This document shows, piece after piece, positions 43,418 to 52,928 of a stretch of 64,000 bases of DNA. Source of the DNA: an uncultured Candidatus Saccharibacteria bacterium. Its GTDB lineage: Bacteria > Patescibacteriota > Minisyncoccia > Phycocordibacterales > UBA2100. The first letter of the stretch is position 1. Every line of letters begins with the position of its first letter. The notes under the pieces are model-generated. The model had not been told where the DNA came from. It was given only the letters and a program-made list of their open reading frames with translations, and made no database searches. The DNA lies in contig CAYYEX010000001.1 in the NCBI GenBank assembly GCA_964471165.1, positions 1,037-65,036 on the forward strand, read 5' to 3'. A program made the position numbers and the translations under genes.

Positions 43418-44689
43418 CTAGGCGTGGTGCGTTTCGGTGAGTTTGATGGTGGTGTCGATTGCAATATGGTCTGCTGGTTTGCGGCGCACGAGCGCAATGT
43501 ATCCATACACAACTGCTATCAACATTGCTGCACCTCCCGTTGCCAGCGAGAGTCGGGCGTTCGTAAACTCCCCAATCCAACCAATAATCGGTCCTCCAAT
43601 CGGCGTGGAGCCCATCATCGCCATACTCCATATCGCCATTACGCGTCCGCGCATTTCAGGATGCGCCTCCATTTGAATCATTGAGTTTGCGGTTGAAACC
43701 ATGTTGACCGTAAAGAATCCCACGAGCACCATGCCCGCAATCGCAAGCCCGAGCGACGGTGCGATTGACGCGAGCAAGATACTAAAGCCAGACAGCGCTC
43801 CAAAAGAAAGAAATGCACTTGGCCCTGTTTCTTTTCTACTCGCCGCTACAACACCACCAATTGCAGCCCCCGCGCCAAACGCCGACATCAATGCTGCGTA
43901 ACCTCCCGCGTCGGAGAGGAACGTTTCTTTGGCGAGGAGTGCCAGACTGATTTGAAACTCAAATGTAAACGTGCCGACAAGCGCAATCATAATCATGAGA
44001 TCGCGGATGAGCGGTGTCTGCCAGACGTAGCGCCACCCCTCGCGCAGCTGCCCCGCAGCGCGTGCTGCAGGTGTCGAGCGGTTCATATCCTCGTCCTTTA
44101 TCGTGCGCAGGATAAACGCAGCAACCACATACGTGATTGCATTGAAAAAGAAACAAAAGCCGATACCAACCGTCGCAATTAAGATACCTCCGATGGATGG
44201 TCCGATTGCGCGCGCCAAGTTGTTCACCGATGCGTTGAGGCTAATAGCGTTCTTCAAATGGTCTGGTGGAACGATTTCGGAAATGATGGTTTGTCGGGCC
44301 GGCATTTCAAACACTCGCACAAAACCGAGCGCGAGTGCAAATATATAGAGCATCCACACCTGCATGATGTTTAGGAGCACGAATGTACCAAGCACAACCG
44401 ACGTCACAATGTATGCGTATTGCGTGTACTGCAGAATTTTCTTTTTGTCGGCGCGGTCTGCAAGCAACCCACCCCATGGCGCAAATAAAAGCAGCGGCAG
44501 AAACTGAGCCGCCACAATCAAACCCAACTGCCCTCCCGAACCAGTGAGCTGCAGGCCAAGCCAGCCGAGCGCCACAATCTGCATCCAGGTGCCAGAGAGC
44601 GCAATCGCCTGCGAAATAAACAGCTGTCGATAGTTAAAAACTGAGAGCGACGCAAAAGCGGACTCCCCGAACTTTGTTATTCGGTCCAT
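43418..44689 (-). CDS. MFS transporter.
   Basis: 12 transmembrane helices. The MFS loop 2-3 motif GGLLADRADKKK. Confidence 0.85.
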   Translation of the reverse strand: MDRITKFGESAFASLSVFNYRQLFISQAIALSGTWMQIVALGWLGLQLTGSGGQLGLIVAAQFLPLLLFAPWGGLLADRADKKKILQYTQYAYIVTSVVLGTFVLLNIMQVWMLYIFALALGFVRVFEMPARQTIISEIVPPDHLKNAISLNASVNNLARAIGPSIGGILIATVGIGFCFFFNAITYVVAAFILRTIKDEDMNRSTPAARAAGQLREGWRYVWQTPLIRDLMIMIALVGTFTFEFQISLALLAKETFLSDAGGYAALMSAFGAGAAIGGVVAASRKETGPSAFLSFGALSGFSILLASIAPSLGLAIAGMVLVGFFTVNMVSTANSMIQMEAHPEMRGRVMAIWSMAMMGSTPIGGPIIGWIGEFTNARLSLATGGAAMLIAVVYGYIALVRRKPADHIAIDTTIKLTETHHA

Positions 44690-44709
44690 AGTTCACTGGG
44701 CCCGCAGGC

Positions 44710-45477
44710 CTATGACTTCGATTTAAAGTGTTGCGAAAATCCTTCGAATGATTTTAAGAGCTCGAGCGGTACACCAAACACAATCGTGTTCGATGCGTCA
44801 GACGAAATATCATTGATAGATTGCAACGTGCGCAAATGCAGTGCACCTGGAACCTCTGCAAGAATGCGAGCCGCCTCGGCCATGTTGTGTGCTGCCGCAA
44901 GCTCTCCTTCGGAGTTGATGATGACAGCGCGCTTTTCGCGCTCTGCTTCAGCCTGTTTGGCAATTGTGCGCTCCATGTCTCCGGGGAGTGATACATCGCG
45001 TAGTTCAACGCTAATTACATTCAATCCCCACGCCGCAGATTCCTTGTCGAGGATTTCCGCGATTCGAGTTGCGAGCTTTTCGCGCTGCGCCAAGAGCTCA
45101 TCGAGTGTTACCTCGCCCACAATATTGCGCATTGTGGTCTGTGCGAACTGAGATATTGCGTAGCGAAAATCCTCGACTTCGATGATTGCTTTTTCTGCGC
45201 TCTCCACTTTGTAGTACAAGACTGCGTTCACGGTTACAGACACATTGTCTCGAGTGATTGCTTTTTGGTCTGGCACGTCGACTGCTTTCACGCGCATGTC
45301 GACTTTCTGATAACCCTGAAAGACTGGGATTACCAAGCGCCACCCCGGTTCCATGATGCGCGTAAACTTACCCAGTGTGAACTTAACGCCGCGTTCGTAC
45401 TGATTGATTTGCTTAATGCTCACCAAAATAATGGCGCCGACAACTACGAGAAATGGGACGATGAATGGCATATACAT
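44710..45477 (-). CDS. SPFH/band-7 (stomatin/prohibitin-like) membrane protein.
   Basis: N-terminal transmembrane helix, then RGVKFTLGKFTRIMEPGWRLVIPVFQ...DVPDQKAITRDNVSVTVNAVLYYKV. Confidence 0.85.
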   Translation of the reverse strand: MYMPFIVPFLVVVGAIILVSIKQINQYERGVKFTLGKFTRIMEPGWRLVIPVFQGYQKVDMRVKAVDVPDQKAITRDNVSVTVNAVLYYKVESAEKAIIEVEDFRYAISQFAQTTMRNIVGEVTLDELLAQREKLATRIAEILDKESAAWGLNVISVELRDVSLPGDMERTIAKQAEAEREKRAVIINSEGELAAAHNMAEAARILAEVPGALHLRTLQSINDISSDASNTIVFGVPLELLKSFEGFSQHFKSKS

Positions 45478-45566
45478 GGAGTATACCCCGTGAGATAAAA
45501 TATATCTAAAGCCCTCTACCATCTTGATGTGGTTATCTCATGGGATATAGCAAACCGATCGGAATG

Positions 45567-45591
45567 CAAAACGCCGGCACAGCGGCCGGCG
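45567..45591 (-). terminator. Intrinsic terminator after the membrane gene at 45623..46006: CGCCGGC-acagcg-GCCGGCG then UUUUG.
   Basis: A 7 bp GC stem plus a U-run on the minus strand. Confidence 0.55.
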
Positions 45592-45622
45592 TTTCGAACC
45601 TCGAAAAAGACGAGGGAAATCT

Positions 45623-46006
45623 CTAGAGAAGCTGGAATCCGTAGGCCACCAAGTAGCCACCCACGAGCACCGAAGCAACTGCTCCACTCATGAACCATTC
45701 CGACCGGTTGAACGACTTGATGAACTTCTGAGTCGTACGGTATGGCGAGGCAAGGTAAATCAAGCCTTCCACGAGAAGCATGTATCCGATGATGGCGAAA
45801 ACGCCTTGTATGGACCACGTAATCGTTGGGAAAGCGAGCGCAAGCGCCAGACCAGCACCGATTTCGATGACCGCGAGGGTCAAGAGTACCGGACGGTTGC
45901 CAGCTAGCTCGGAAATCGCTGGCATCACTGCCTTGCGGCGAATGAGAATTATGATTCCGATAATGAGGAAGTACAAACCAAACAACTTAGCGAGAAAGAT
46001 CTCCAT
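45623..46006 (-). CDS. Small membrane protein (4 transmembrane helices), hypothetical.
   Basis: Hydrophobic, 127 aa. Confidence 0.5.
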   Translation of the reverse strand: MEIFLAKLFGLYFLIIGIIILIRRKAVMPAISELAGNRPVLLTLAVIEIGAGLALALAFPTITWSIQGVFAIIGYMLLVEGLIYLASPYRTTQKFIKSFNRSEWFMSGAVASVLVGGYLVAYGFQLL

Positions 46007-46105
46007 GTAGTAATAAAAGTAGAACTATTAATGTATGTACAAAGAATATCACGCACTCTGTGCGTGGATACGTCAATACACATTGGTGTGTGCATATCTT
46101 TTCAA

Positions 46106-46138
46106 ATAAAAAACGTGCCGTGTCGGCACGTTTTTTAT
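46106..46138. terminator. Bidirectional intrinsic terminator: AAAAAACGTGCCG-tgt-CGGCACGTTTTTT.
   Basis: An 8 bp stem flanked by an A-run and a T-run, 15 nt after the stop of the minus-strand YeaQ-like gene. Confidence 0.75.
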
Positions 46139-46152
46139 ACAGTGTATGCGGC

Positions 46153-46404
46153 TTACACGCTGCGGAATAGTCGCACTACAAATAGCAGTGCAATGGCACC
46201 GACAACAGATACGACAAGGCTGTAAATGTTGAATCCTGTAACACCAGCACTGCCGAATGCGTTGAACAGCATTCCCCCGATAAATGCTCCAATGACACCG
46301 ACTACGATGTTCAAGAAAATACCTTGAGAGCCGTCTGTGCCCATAATGAGCGATGCAATCCACCCAGCGATACCGCCGAGAACGAGAAAAGCGAGAACTT
46401 CCAT
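46153..46404 (-). CDS. GlsB/YeaQ/YmgE family (transglycosylase-associated) small membrane protein.
   Basis: LVLGGIAGWIASLIMG...NIVVGVIGAFIGGMLFNAFG. Confidence 0.8.
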   Translation of the reverse strand: MEVLAFLVLGGIAGWIASLIMGTDGSQGIFLNIVVGVIGAFIGGMLFNAFGSAGVTGFNIYSLVVSVVGAIALLFVVRLFRSV

Positions 46405-46558
46405 ACAATAGATGTGTTACTTGTTACTGCTAATGTCCGCCTAATGCCGCGGATGTATACACGATATACAGTCATAGATGGAGTGATTATGAAGAAGTTC
46501 ATACTTGCGCATTCAGCCGCGACCTGCACAATGCCAGTCTATGGAATCCCTTTTCCCC

Positions 46559-47251
46559 ATGCGCATCAATAAGTACCTCGCCCATATGAAAATCTGCACC
46601 CGCAAGGCGGCGGATGAGTACATCACGAAGGGGCTGGTCAAGATAAACGGCAAGAAGGCGGTTCTCGGAGATAAGGTGGCTGAGAACGACAAGGTGGTGG
46701 TGGACCTCCCGAAGCAGACGTTCCGCTATCTCGCCTACAACAAGCCGCGCGGCATCATCACTCATTCCGCTCAGAAAAACATCGACCCGGAAGAGAAAGA
46801 CATCAAGGAAATAATGCCTGTTGAAGGCGTGTTCCCTGTGGGTCGTCTCGACAAAGATTCCTATGGACTCATCATCCTCACCGACGACGGACGCCTCACG
46901 GATGCGCTCTTAAATCCTGAGCATGAACACGAAAAAGAGTACGACGTTGTGTGCGCCACAAAGCTCCCGAGCTATTTCAAAGGCCGCCTCGAAGCCGGTA
47001 TCGATATTGGCGGCTACACCACCAAGCCCTGCACTATCATGATGCGCGGTGACAGAAAGTTCACCATCAAGCTTACCGAGGGTAAGAAACACCAAATTCG
47101 CCGAATGGTTGGTGCACTCGGGCAGAGCACCGTCGACCTGCGTCGCACGCGGATTCTCAATATCGAAATTGGTTCACTCAAATCCGGTCAGTACCGCAAA
47201 ATCAATGGTGCAGAACTCCATACGTTTCTAAAAAAACTCGGTCTCTCGTAA
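46559..47251 (+). CDS. RsuA/RluB-family pseudouridine synthase (S4 domain plus catalytic domain).
   Basis: MRINKYLAHMKICTRKAADEYI S4 motif. Catalytic GRLDKDSYGLIILTDDG. Confidence 0.85.
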   Translation: MRINKYLAHMKICTRKAADEYITKGLVKINGKKAVLGDKVAENDKVVVDLPKQTFRYLAYNKPRGIITHSAQKNIDPEEKDIKEIMPVEGVFPVGRLDKDSYGLIILTDDGRLTDALLNPEHEHEKEYDVVCATKLPSYFKGRLEAGIDIGGYTTKPCTIMMRGDRKFTIKLTEGKKHQIRRMVGALGQSTVDLRRTRILNIEIGSLKSGQYRKINGAELHTFLKKLGLS

Positions 47252-47265
47252 TTTTCTTACGGCTT

Positions 47266-47817
47266 TTACTTGAAGAGTGCGACGAACTCGCCGTAGCCTT
47301 CTTTCTCCAAATCAGCTGCGGGAACAAAACGTAGTGCAGCAGAATTCATACAATAACGCAGTCCGGCTGGTTGCGGACCATCCTGAAACACATGACCCAG
47401 GTGGGAGTTGGCGTGTTTGGAGCGTATTTCGACACGCTCAACACCGAGTGTGGAATCTTTAACCTCGAGCACATTTTCTGCAACGAGTGGCTTGGTGAAC
47501 GACGGCCAACCGGTGCCGGAGTCGTATTTATCGGTGGACGAAAAAAGCACTTCGCCCGAAACAATGTCCACGTATATACCCGGCTCGTAGTTGTCCCAGT
47601 ATTCATTCTGAAACGCTGGCTCGGTGCCATTCTTTTGTGTGACTTCAAACTGGATGGGTGTGAGGCGCGCCTGCACGCGCTCTGCAGCGTATCGCTCTTC
47701 GGGCGTTCGTGTATCTACGACATTCTCGCGGGATTTTTGCTGCCCTGCAGCAAACACCGCCGCCGCAAGCGCTAGCAGCATTACCGCGAAGAACGAGAGC
47801 TTCAGGCTCGTGTTCAT
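47266..47817 (-). CDS. msrB: Peptide methionine-(R)-sulfoxide reductase MsrB, with an N-terminal signal peptide (exported form).
   Basis: [23 protein letters not shown] catalytic Cys. Signal peptide [25 protein letters not shown]. Confidence 0.85.
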   Translation of the reverse strand: MNTSLKLSFFAVMLLALAAAVFAAGQQKSRENVVDTRTPEERYAAERVQARLTPIQFEVTQKNGTEPAFQNEYWDNYEPGIYVDIVSGEVLFSSTDKYDSGTGWPSFTKPLVAENVLEVKDSTLGVERVEIRSKHANSHLGHVFQDGPQPAGLRYCMNSAALRFVPAADLEKEGYGEFVALFK

Positions 47818-47861
47818 AGCCTTAGCGTAGCACGCAAAAATATATGCAACAGAGCTGCAAA

Positions 47862-49310
47862 CTACTTCAGGAGGTCGAGCGTGTCGTCAATACGAATCTC
47901 ACGTACGAACTCGGGCACGTGGCTTACCAGAACCATGGCTCCTTCGTAAGAGTCGAGCGCCTTAGCGATAACCGGAATGTGTCGGAAGTTAATGTGGTTG
48001 GTCGGCTCGTCGAGAATAAGGAGTGCTGGTTCAAGCAGTACCAAGCGCGCAAACGCTACAAGCCCTTTCTGCCCCTCGGAAAGGTGCCCGATTTTTGTGT
48101 GTATGATGTCGCCCGTCAGCAAGAACCCTGCGGCAACATGACGCATCGTTTCCTCATATTTCTTTTTCATCACGCCGAGCAGTTCGTCGTGCACGGTCTT
48201 TTCAAAGTCGAGGTTCGAAAAGTCTTGGCGGTAATACCCTACTTTTGTCCCCGGTAATATCGTAGAACCCTCCTCTTTATTCACGATTGCCTCAAGCAAT
48301 GTTGATTTTCCGATACCGTTTGGCCCCGCAAGCAACAGGTGCTGATTCTTTTTGAGGATGACAGTCTTCTTCTTTACCTTCGGTTTATGGTCGAGAATTA
48401 CTTTGTATGACTCGATGCGCAAAATTTCTCCAACCATATTCTCTGGCGTTGGAATTTTGAACGGCTTAATTGTTCTGTCTTCGCGGCGGACATCCACCAT
48501 CTCTTCTTCCGCATCTTCTGCCGCCTGACGCATACGCTTTGCCACAAGTCGCATGCCGCCGCCTTTGTGCGCAAATACGTTCGCTTGGTCCTTGTTTGCC
48601 TGTATTTTCTTGGCGAGCTGCGCATTCTTGGCATTCTCCTTTTCGATGCGGGCCTTGATATCCCCGAGCACATCATTGTAGTTACCCGTGTACTGTTCCA
48701 CCTTCTGTGTGTGCACATCAAGATAGAGCACGCCCTGTGTAAATGCATTCAAAAAGTCGGCATCGTGTGAAATAACCACGCATGTTTTTTCGTACTGCTG
48801 CAAAAACTTTGTGAGATGCGCGATACCCGCTTTATCGAGATTGTTGGTCGGCTCGTCGAGTAGAAGAACATCGGGCTTCTGAATAAGCGCAGAGGCAAGC
48901 AGAAGGCGCGCCTGTTGTCCGCCAGAGAATGATTTTACGATTCGCTCGTGCGGAGCGTGGAGGTTTACGATTTCGAGCACATCATCAATCTTGGGGTCAA
49001 TGTCGTAGACTTTTTGAGGAAACACACTCTGAAAGAAGTCACGCACCGTGAGTTCCAATTCTGCGCGGGGTATTACCTGCCGAGCGATTGCAATAGAGAG
49101 TCCGTGCTCGAGGTTAACCTTGCCTCCCTCGGGTTCGATTGCGCCCGTAATGAGACCGAATATGGTGCTCTTGCCTGCACCGTTCTGACCCATGAGTGTG
49201 AGCTTCGCTCCTTTGCGTATGCTAAAGGTGGCCTCATCGAGGATTTTCTTTTTTGCGTTGTATTCGTAGGACACGCCATCAAAGCGCACCAGGGTGGGAA
49301 TGCCAGACAT
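47862..49310 (-). CDS. ABC-F family ATPase (two ABC domains, no transmembrane domain).
   Basis: Two sets of Walker A, ABC signature and Walker B motifs separated by a charged linker. About 483 aa. Start MSGIPTL at 49310. Confidence 0.9.
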   Translation of the reverse strand: MSGIPTLVRFDGVSYEYNAKKKILDEATFSIRKGAKLTLMGQNGAGKSTIFGLITGAIEPEGGKVNLEHGLSIAIARQVIPRAELELTVRDFFQSVFPQKVYDIDPKIDDVLEIVNLHAPHERIVKSFSGGQQARLLLASALIQKPDVLLLDEPTNNLDKAGIAHLTKFLQQYEKTCVVISHDADFLNAFTQGVLYLDVHTQKVEQYTGNYNDVLGDIKARIEKENAKNAQLAKKIQANKDQANVFAHKGGGMRLVAKRMRQAAEDAEEEMVDVRREDRTIKPFKIPTPENMVGEILRIESYKVILDHKPKVKKKTVILKKNQHLLLAGPNGIGKSTLLEAIVNKEEGSTILPGTKVGYYRQDFSNLDFEKTVHDELLGVMKKKYEETMRHVAAGFLLTGDIIHTKIGHLSEGQKGLVAFARLVLLEPALLILDEPTNHINFRHIPVIAKALDSYEGAMVLVSHVPEFVREIRIDDTLDLLK

Positions 49311-49320
49311 CTGAAGCAAC

Positions 49321-49584
49321 CTACCGTACCTTTCGCGAATCACCAACTTTATTGATGAGCACAAGCTTCTGAGCCCGAGTGAATTTTTTGATTTGGGCCT
49401 CGCGTTTAAGAGCGGTGCCGCGTGTGCGCTTACGTTCTATGTATTCAAATTTGAGTGCCCCGCGAGAACGCGTGTACTTGCTTGCGGTACCGGCTTTGTG
49501 CGCTTTGAGTCTGCGCGCAGTGTCGTTGGTGATGCCCGTGTAGAGCGAACCATCGCGACATCGGAGCACATACACAAAATACAT
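49321..49584 (-). CDS. GIY-YIG nuclease domain small protein (UPF0213-like).
   Basis: MYFVYVLRCRDGSLYTGITNDTARRLKAH... Confidence 0.75.
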   Translation of the reverse strand: MYFVYVLRCRDGSLYTGITNDTARRLKAHKAGTASKYTRSRGALKFEYIERKRTRGTALKREAQIKKFTRAQKLVLINKVGDSRKVR

Positions 49585-49611
49585 AGCCCTGATGCTAGCA
49601 CCCACAATGCA

Positions 49612-49633
49612 AAACCACCCCAGAAGGGGTGGT
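49612..49633 (-). terminator. Intrinsic terminator CCACCCC-UUCU-GGGGUGG followed by UUUUG, 8 nt after the stop of the small candidate ORF and 27 nt upstream of the GIY-YIG start.
   Basis: A perfect 7 bp GC stem, a 4 nt loop, and a U-run on the minus strand. Confidence 0.6.
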
Positions 49634-49640
49634 TGCGTGA

Positions 49641-49784
49641 CTACGCGAGTGCTTTAGCGCACGGGAGGCAGGAGGATTGCATTGGGCGCGTCTTAATGTA
49701 TTTGCCGCCGCATGCGCATGTAACCACCTGAACCGCGTTCGGGTTCTCGATCCATTTACCGTCCTGAAGAAAATTTTTTGACAT
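49641..49784 (-). CDS. Candidate small ORF of 47 aa with a C-x-C...C-x2-C zinc-ribbon-like pattern (MSKNFLQDGKWIENPNAVQVVTCACGGKYIKTRPMQSSCLPCAKALA). Shorter than the 60 aa ORF-track cutoff. Speculative.
   Basis: It sits in a 368 bp intergenic region and is followed directly by the terminator. Four Cys are arranged like a zinc ribbon. No Shine-Dalgarno sequence is apparent. Confidence 0.3.
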   Translation of the reverse strand: MSKNFLQDGKWIENPNAVQVVTCACGGKYIKTRPMQSSCLPCAKALA

Positions 49785-49973
49785 AGTGTTGTGTGTCTTC
49801 AAACGAATGCTGATCTGCCTGTCTATTCAGGCGGCACCGGGGTGCCTGTATTCACTGTCTAACTGTCCCAAGGACTTCGACCTAAGCCGCGTGTCCTGGT
49901 CTTAAAACCGAGGAGAAAGTAGGACTTCGCCTATTCTGTCATGACTAGAACTACTTGTCAAGCTATCCGTCGT

Positions 49974-51218
49974 CTAGCGCGGGACGCAAGCCAGTTTCGT
50001 GGCACCGGGCGGGGCGTCACAGATGCCGGAAATGGTGTCACCTCGTGGGCTCGTAAACGAGCAGCGGTCGTTGAACGTCTTTGCAGAGCATGCCTGTGTT
50101 GCCTCTTGCGGCGGAGTTCCTGCCTGCGCAGGCGGACCCCCTTGGGCCCCTTGCTGAAGGTTTGGTGGAACTCTGCTGGGCTGGCTTTGCGCACCTTGCT
50201 GTGGAGAGCCCGATGGTCCAGTGGTAACTGGCTTTGCTCGGAAGCAACTTGCTGAGTATGGGAAATCTACTGTCATCACATAATGGTATGACGACTTCTT
50301 TTTTCCATCGATAATCACATCGCTCGTGATTCCGTGGCACTCATCGAGGTCGTCGGTTGTGAGATATTTTCCCGCCGCAACTTTTGCTCCTGTAATTGGA
50401 AATCCGTCATAGGCGTAGCCGATAACCGTTTCAACCGCCGTGTCTTTGATGCACCGGGAAAGACCATGGTAGTGATACTCGCCGGAACCCTGGGGATGCC
50501 CGTCGCAGCTATCTTGCAATTCGTGTGCCGGGGCATCGCGCAGTCCAGCATCAAACGCATTGAAGAGCGGCACGCCCGAAAGCATGATGCCCACCTCTCC
50601 CCCCATGCAATATGGGGTTTCAGAATAAACAGGATTGATGGGAAGCTTTTGTGTGATTGATTGCGCCGAAATTGTATTAGGATTCGGGTCGTACGCTGCA
50701 GCCGGGTCGTTGCGAGAAACCGGAAATGTGCCGGTTGTGTGCGAGAGGGGCAGCGCATTTCCTGAGAGCGTGCGGGTGGTCCCCGAAACAGTGTTCGTAA
50801 ATCGGGCATTCGGCCACGACACACTGCCAGAGATGGAAATCTTTTCTTTGTAGTTCCACGCGTTTCCCTGCATCCATGGACCGTTCACGCTCGAGCCAGG
50901 ATTATCTCTTCGCTCATTGCACAAAAATACAGAACCTTTCTTCGCAACTTTTGTGGAATATTTATAGTCGCCGAGCGGCACCATGCCGTCCTGGTACATC
51001 GTGTCGGCGAGCGTGAGTAGTTTTGCCTGAGAAAGTGCAACTTGCCTGGTGATTCCCGAGGTTGCTGGAATCGTTACGCTGACCGACGTTGCAACGACGG
51101 CCGCGTTGTTTGCCTGCAATGCAGAATCAGGCGCCGTAAGCGACGAGAGTGGCCCTGCAATGAACCATACGGATATGAGAAGTCCGAACACAACCAGTAC
51201 TGGCTTGTTGAAGTTCAT
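49974..51218 (-). CDS. Secreted YHYH-domain protein with a Pro/Gln-rich, Cys-containing C-terminal tail.
   Basis: Signal peptide. The GEYHYHG motif. Confidence 0.7.
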   Translation of the reverse strand: MNFNKPVLVVFGLLISVWFIAGPLSSLTAPDSALQANNAAVVATSVSVTIPATSGITRQVALSQAKLLTLADTMYQDGMVPLGDYKYSTKVAKKGSVFLCNERRDNPGSSVNGPWMQGNAWNYKEKISISGSVSWPNARFTNTVSGTTRTLSGNALPLSHTTGTFPVSRNDPAAAYDPNPNTISAQSITQKLPINPVYSETPYCMGGEVGIMLSGVPLFNAFDAGLRDAPAHELQDSCDGHPQGSGEYHYHGLSRCIKDTAVETVIGYAYDGFPITGAKVAAGKYLTTDDLDECHGITSDVIIDGKKKSSYHYVMTVDFPYSASCFRAKPVTTGPSGSPQQGAQSQPSRVPPNLQQGAQGGPPAQAGTPPQEATQACSAKTFNDRCSFTSPRGDTISGICDAPPGATKLACVPR

Positions 51219-51249
51219 ACATACAGTATATCGTGCAAGGGCACGCGGA

Positions 51250-51702
51250 CTACTTTATACGCGCACGTATGTGTGCAAAATCGACGGCACTCACCGGCTG
51301 CACCGAAAGGCGCGAGCCACGCTGTACGAGCACCATCGCACCAAGCACACTGTCCGATTTTATTTCTGTAAGCAACAGTGGCCTTACTGCCTTTTCCACG
51401 AACTCCAGGTCCACGCAATCCCAAACCGGCTTATCGCGCGTAGCGCGCGGCTCAAAATATTCTCCCGACTTTTTAAACTGCGAGTCATCGGCGTGTGCTG
51501 CCGAAGCCACGCGCGCCACTCCTGCCACGCACATCGGATTCGTACTCGAATGATAAAACAACACGAGGTCGCCTTTTTTCATGCTACGCATGTGATTGCG
51601 CGCCTGGTAGTTTCGCACGCCCTCCCACGCAGTTTTTTTATCTCGCTTGAGGTCGTCGATAGAGTAGGTGTCGGGTTCCGACTTTATGAGCCAGTACTGC
51701 AT
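51250..51702 (-). CDS. EVE (PUA-like) domain protein.
   Basis: MQYWLIKSEPDTYSIDDL...WEGVRNYQARNHMRSMKKGDLVLFYHSS. Confidence 0.8.
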   Translation of the reverse strand: MQYWLIKSEPDTYSIDDLKRDKKTAWEGVRNYQARNHMRSMKKGDLVLFYHSSTNPMCVAGVARVASAAHADDSQFKKSGEYFEPRATRDKPVWDCVDLEFVEKAVRPLLLTEIKSDSVLGAMVLVQRGSRLSVQPVSAVDFAHIRARIK

Positions 51703-51711
51703 AGATTTGCA

Positions 51712-52104
51712 CTAATCGCCAAGATAAAAGAGTGATTCCTGCTGCGGGCGCATCGAACGGCATCTGGTTGGTGCAGTTGAATCTGTGGAAAGCTCGGCCT
51801 CCACGTCGCCGGGAAGAAAAATCACGCCGCCACCCGAGTATGCGCCCTGGTTCCCAAGTCGCAGTGTTGTTCTTTTGAGATAATCCGCGCTGGTTGCCGG
51901 AACAATTTCAATGGTCGACATGTTCTCCGACGCGATAACAGTGAATTCACTGCCATCGTCACAGCGATATCCATACTCGAACATGTCCGCTGTTTGTTGT
52001 TCACTATCTGAGCTGAAATCTGATGGTATGGCGCGCGTGTACCCAATAAGAGTGCCAAAAATGACAGATACAAGCACAACCGATAAGACCAGTCGTTTGC
52101 TCAT
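51712..52104 (-). CDS. Secreted small protein, possibly MliC-like (lysozyme inhibitor fold). Assignment is weak.
   Basis: Signal peptide, the Y.C..GS.FTV pattern, and the size are reminiscent of MliC. Confidence 0.4.
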   Translation of the reverse strand: MSKRLVLSVVLVSVIFGTLIGYTRAIPSDFSSDSEQQTADMFEYGYRCDDGSEFTVIASENMSTIEIVPATSADYLKRTTLRLGNQGAYSGGGVIFLPGDVEAELSTDSTAPTRCRSMRPQQESLFYLGD

Positions 52105-52113
52105 ATGCGTATA

Positions 52114-52341
52114 TTATATCCGCTCTATGATTTCAAAACTTTTGGATGGGTGGTGATGACCGCTAATTATGCGTATGTCGCTCACGGGAACGCGATAGTA
52201 CACCGAAAGCATCGAGCGCACGCGGTCGTTTGCGCGGTTGTCTGCAGCGGGCTCTTTGACTGATATTTGCAGCTTGTTATCCGAAATGGTGATTTGTGTC
52301 TCGCGCCTCGCCCCTGCGTTTACTCGTACGCGCACAATCAT
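52114..52341 (-). CDS. DUF167 (YggU) family protein.
   Basis: VRVRVNAGARRETQI...VKEPAADNRANDRV...IISGHHHPSK. Confidence 0.75.
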   Translation of the reverse strand: MIVRVRVNAGARRETQITISDNKLQISVKEPAADNRANDRVRSMLSVYYRVPVSDIRIISGHHHPSKSFEIIERI

Positions 52342-52928
52342 ACGACTGTCTCCATAATCCTGTCGCGCAACGCATCAATCCCCTTGCCACTCTCGGTCGA
52401 CGTTTGCAGAATATCGTTCGTTTCTGCAAGTTCTTTTACTTTGATGAGCTGGGCTGCAAGGTCTTTTTGGGAGAGCTTGTCGACTTTGTTTAAAACAATC
52501 ATGTATGGGCGGCCCTTTTCCTTGAGCATCTTTATCATCTCTTGATCAAATCGAGTAAGACCCGCTTTTGAATCCAAGATGAGCACTGTAAGCAGCGGAT
52601 GTGCCTCGTCGGAGGTGAAGTACCAAATGATAAGCTTGCGAAGTTTCTCACGGTCCTGCACTCCTGCCGCGGCGTATCCGTATCCGGGCAAGTCGACAAA
52701 GTAATGGGTTTTGTTAATGAAAAAGATATTGATTTCTGTTGTTTTTCCCGGCTTGTCACCGACTCGCGCGAGTTTTTTTACGCCGGTAAGTGCATTCAAT
52801 ATGCTCGATTTTCCCACGTTCGAGCGGCCGATAAATGCGATTTGCGGGATTCCGTCGCTCAGAGTCTCGTCGCTACCGCGCAAACCTTTCAAAAATTCAG
52901 CGGACACTATTTTTGTGGCCATATTCAT
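52338..52928 (-). CDS. engB: Ribosome biogenesis GTPase EngB/YsxC/YihA.
   Basis: G1 motif GRSNVGKSS and G3 motif DLPGYGYA. The typical size of 196 aa. Confidence 0.9.
   Translation of the reverse strand: MNMATKIVSAEFLKGLRGSDETLSDGIPQIAFIGRSNVGKSSILNALTGVKKLARVGDKPGKTTEINIFFINKTHYFVDLPGYGYAAAGVQDREKLRKLIIWYFTSDEAHPLLTVLILDSKAGLTRFDQEMIKMLKEKGRPYMIVLNKVDKLSQKDLAAQLIKVKELAETNDILQTSTESGKGIDALRDRIMETVV

Noticed and set aside
49585-49973. tmRNA, RNase P RNA, SRP RNA, T-box or tRNA in the long intergenic region.
   Set aside because: I found no tRNA-like acceptor/T-arm ending CCA. There is no GGAAAGUCCGG (RNase P P4) motif, no SRP domain IV GGAAGCAGC motif, and no T-box AAUUAGGGUGGNACCGCG. The region is kept only as an unassigned structured element or small ORF.
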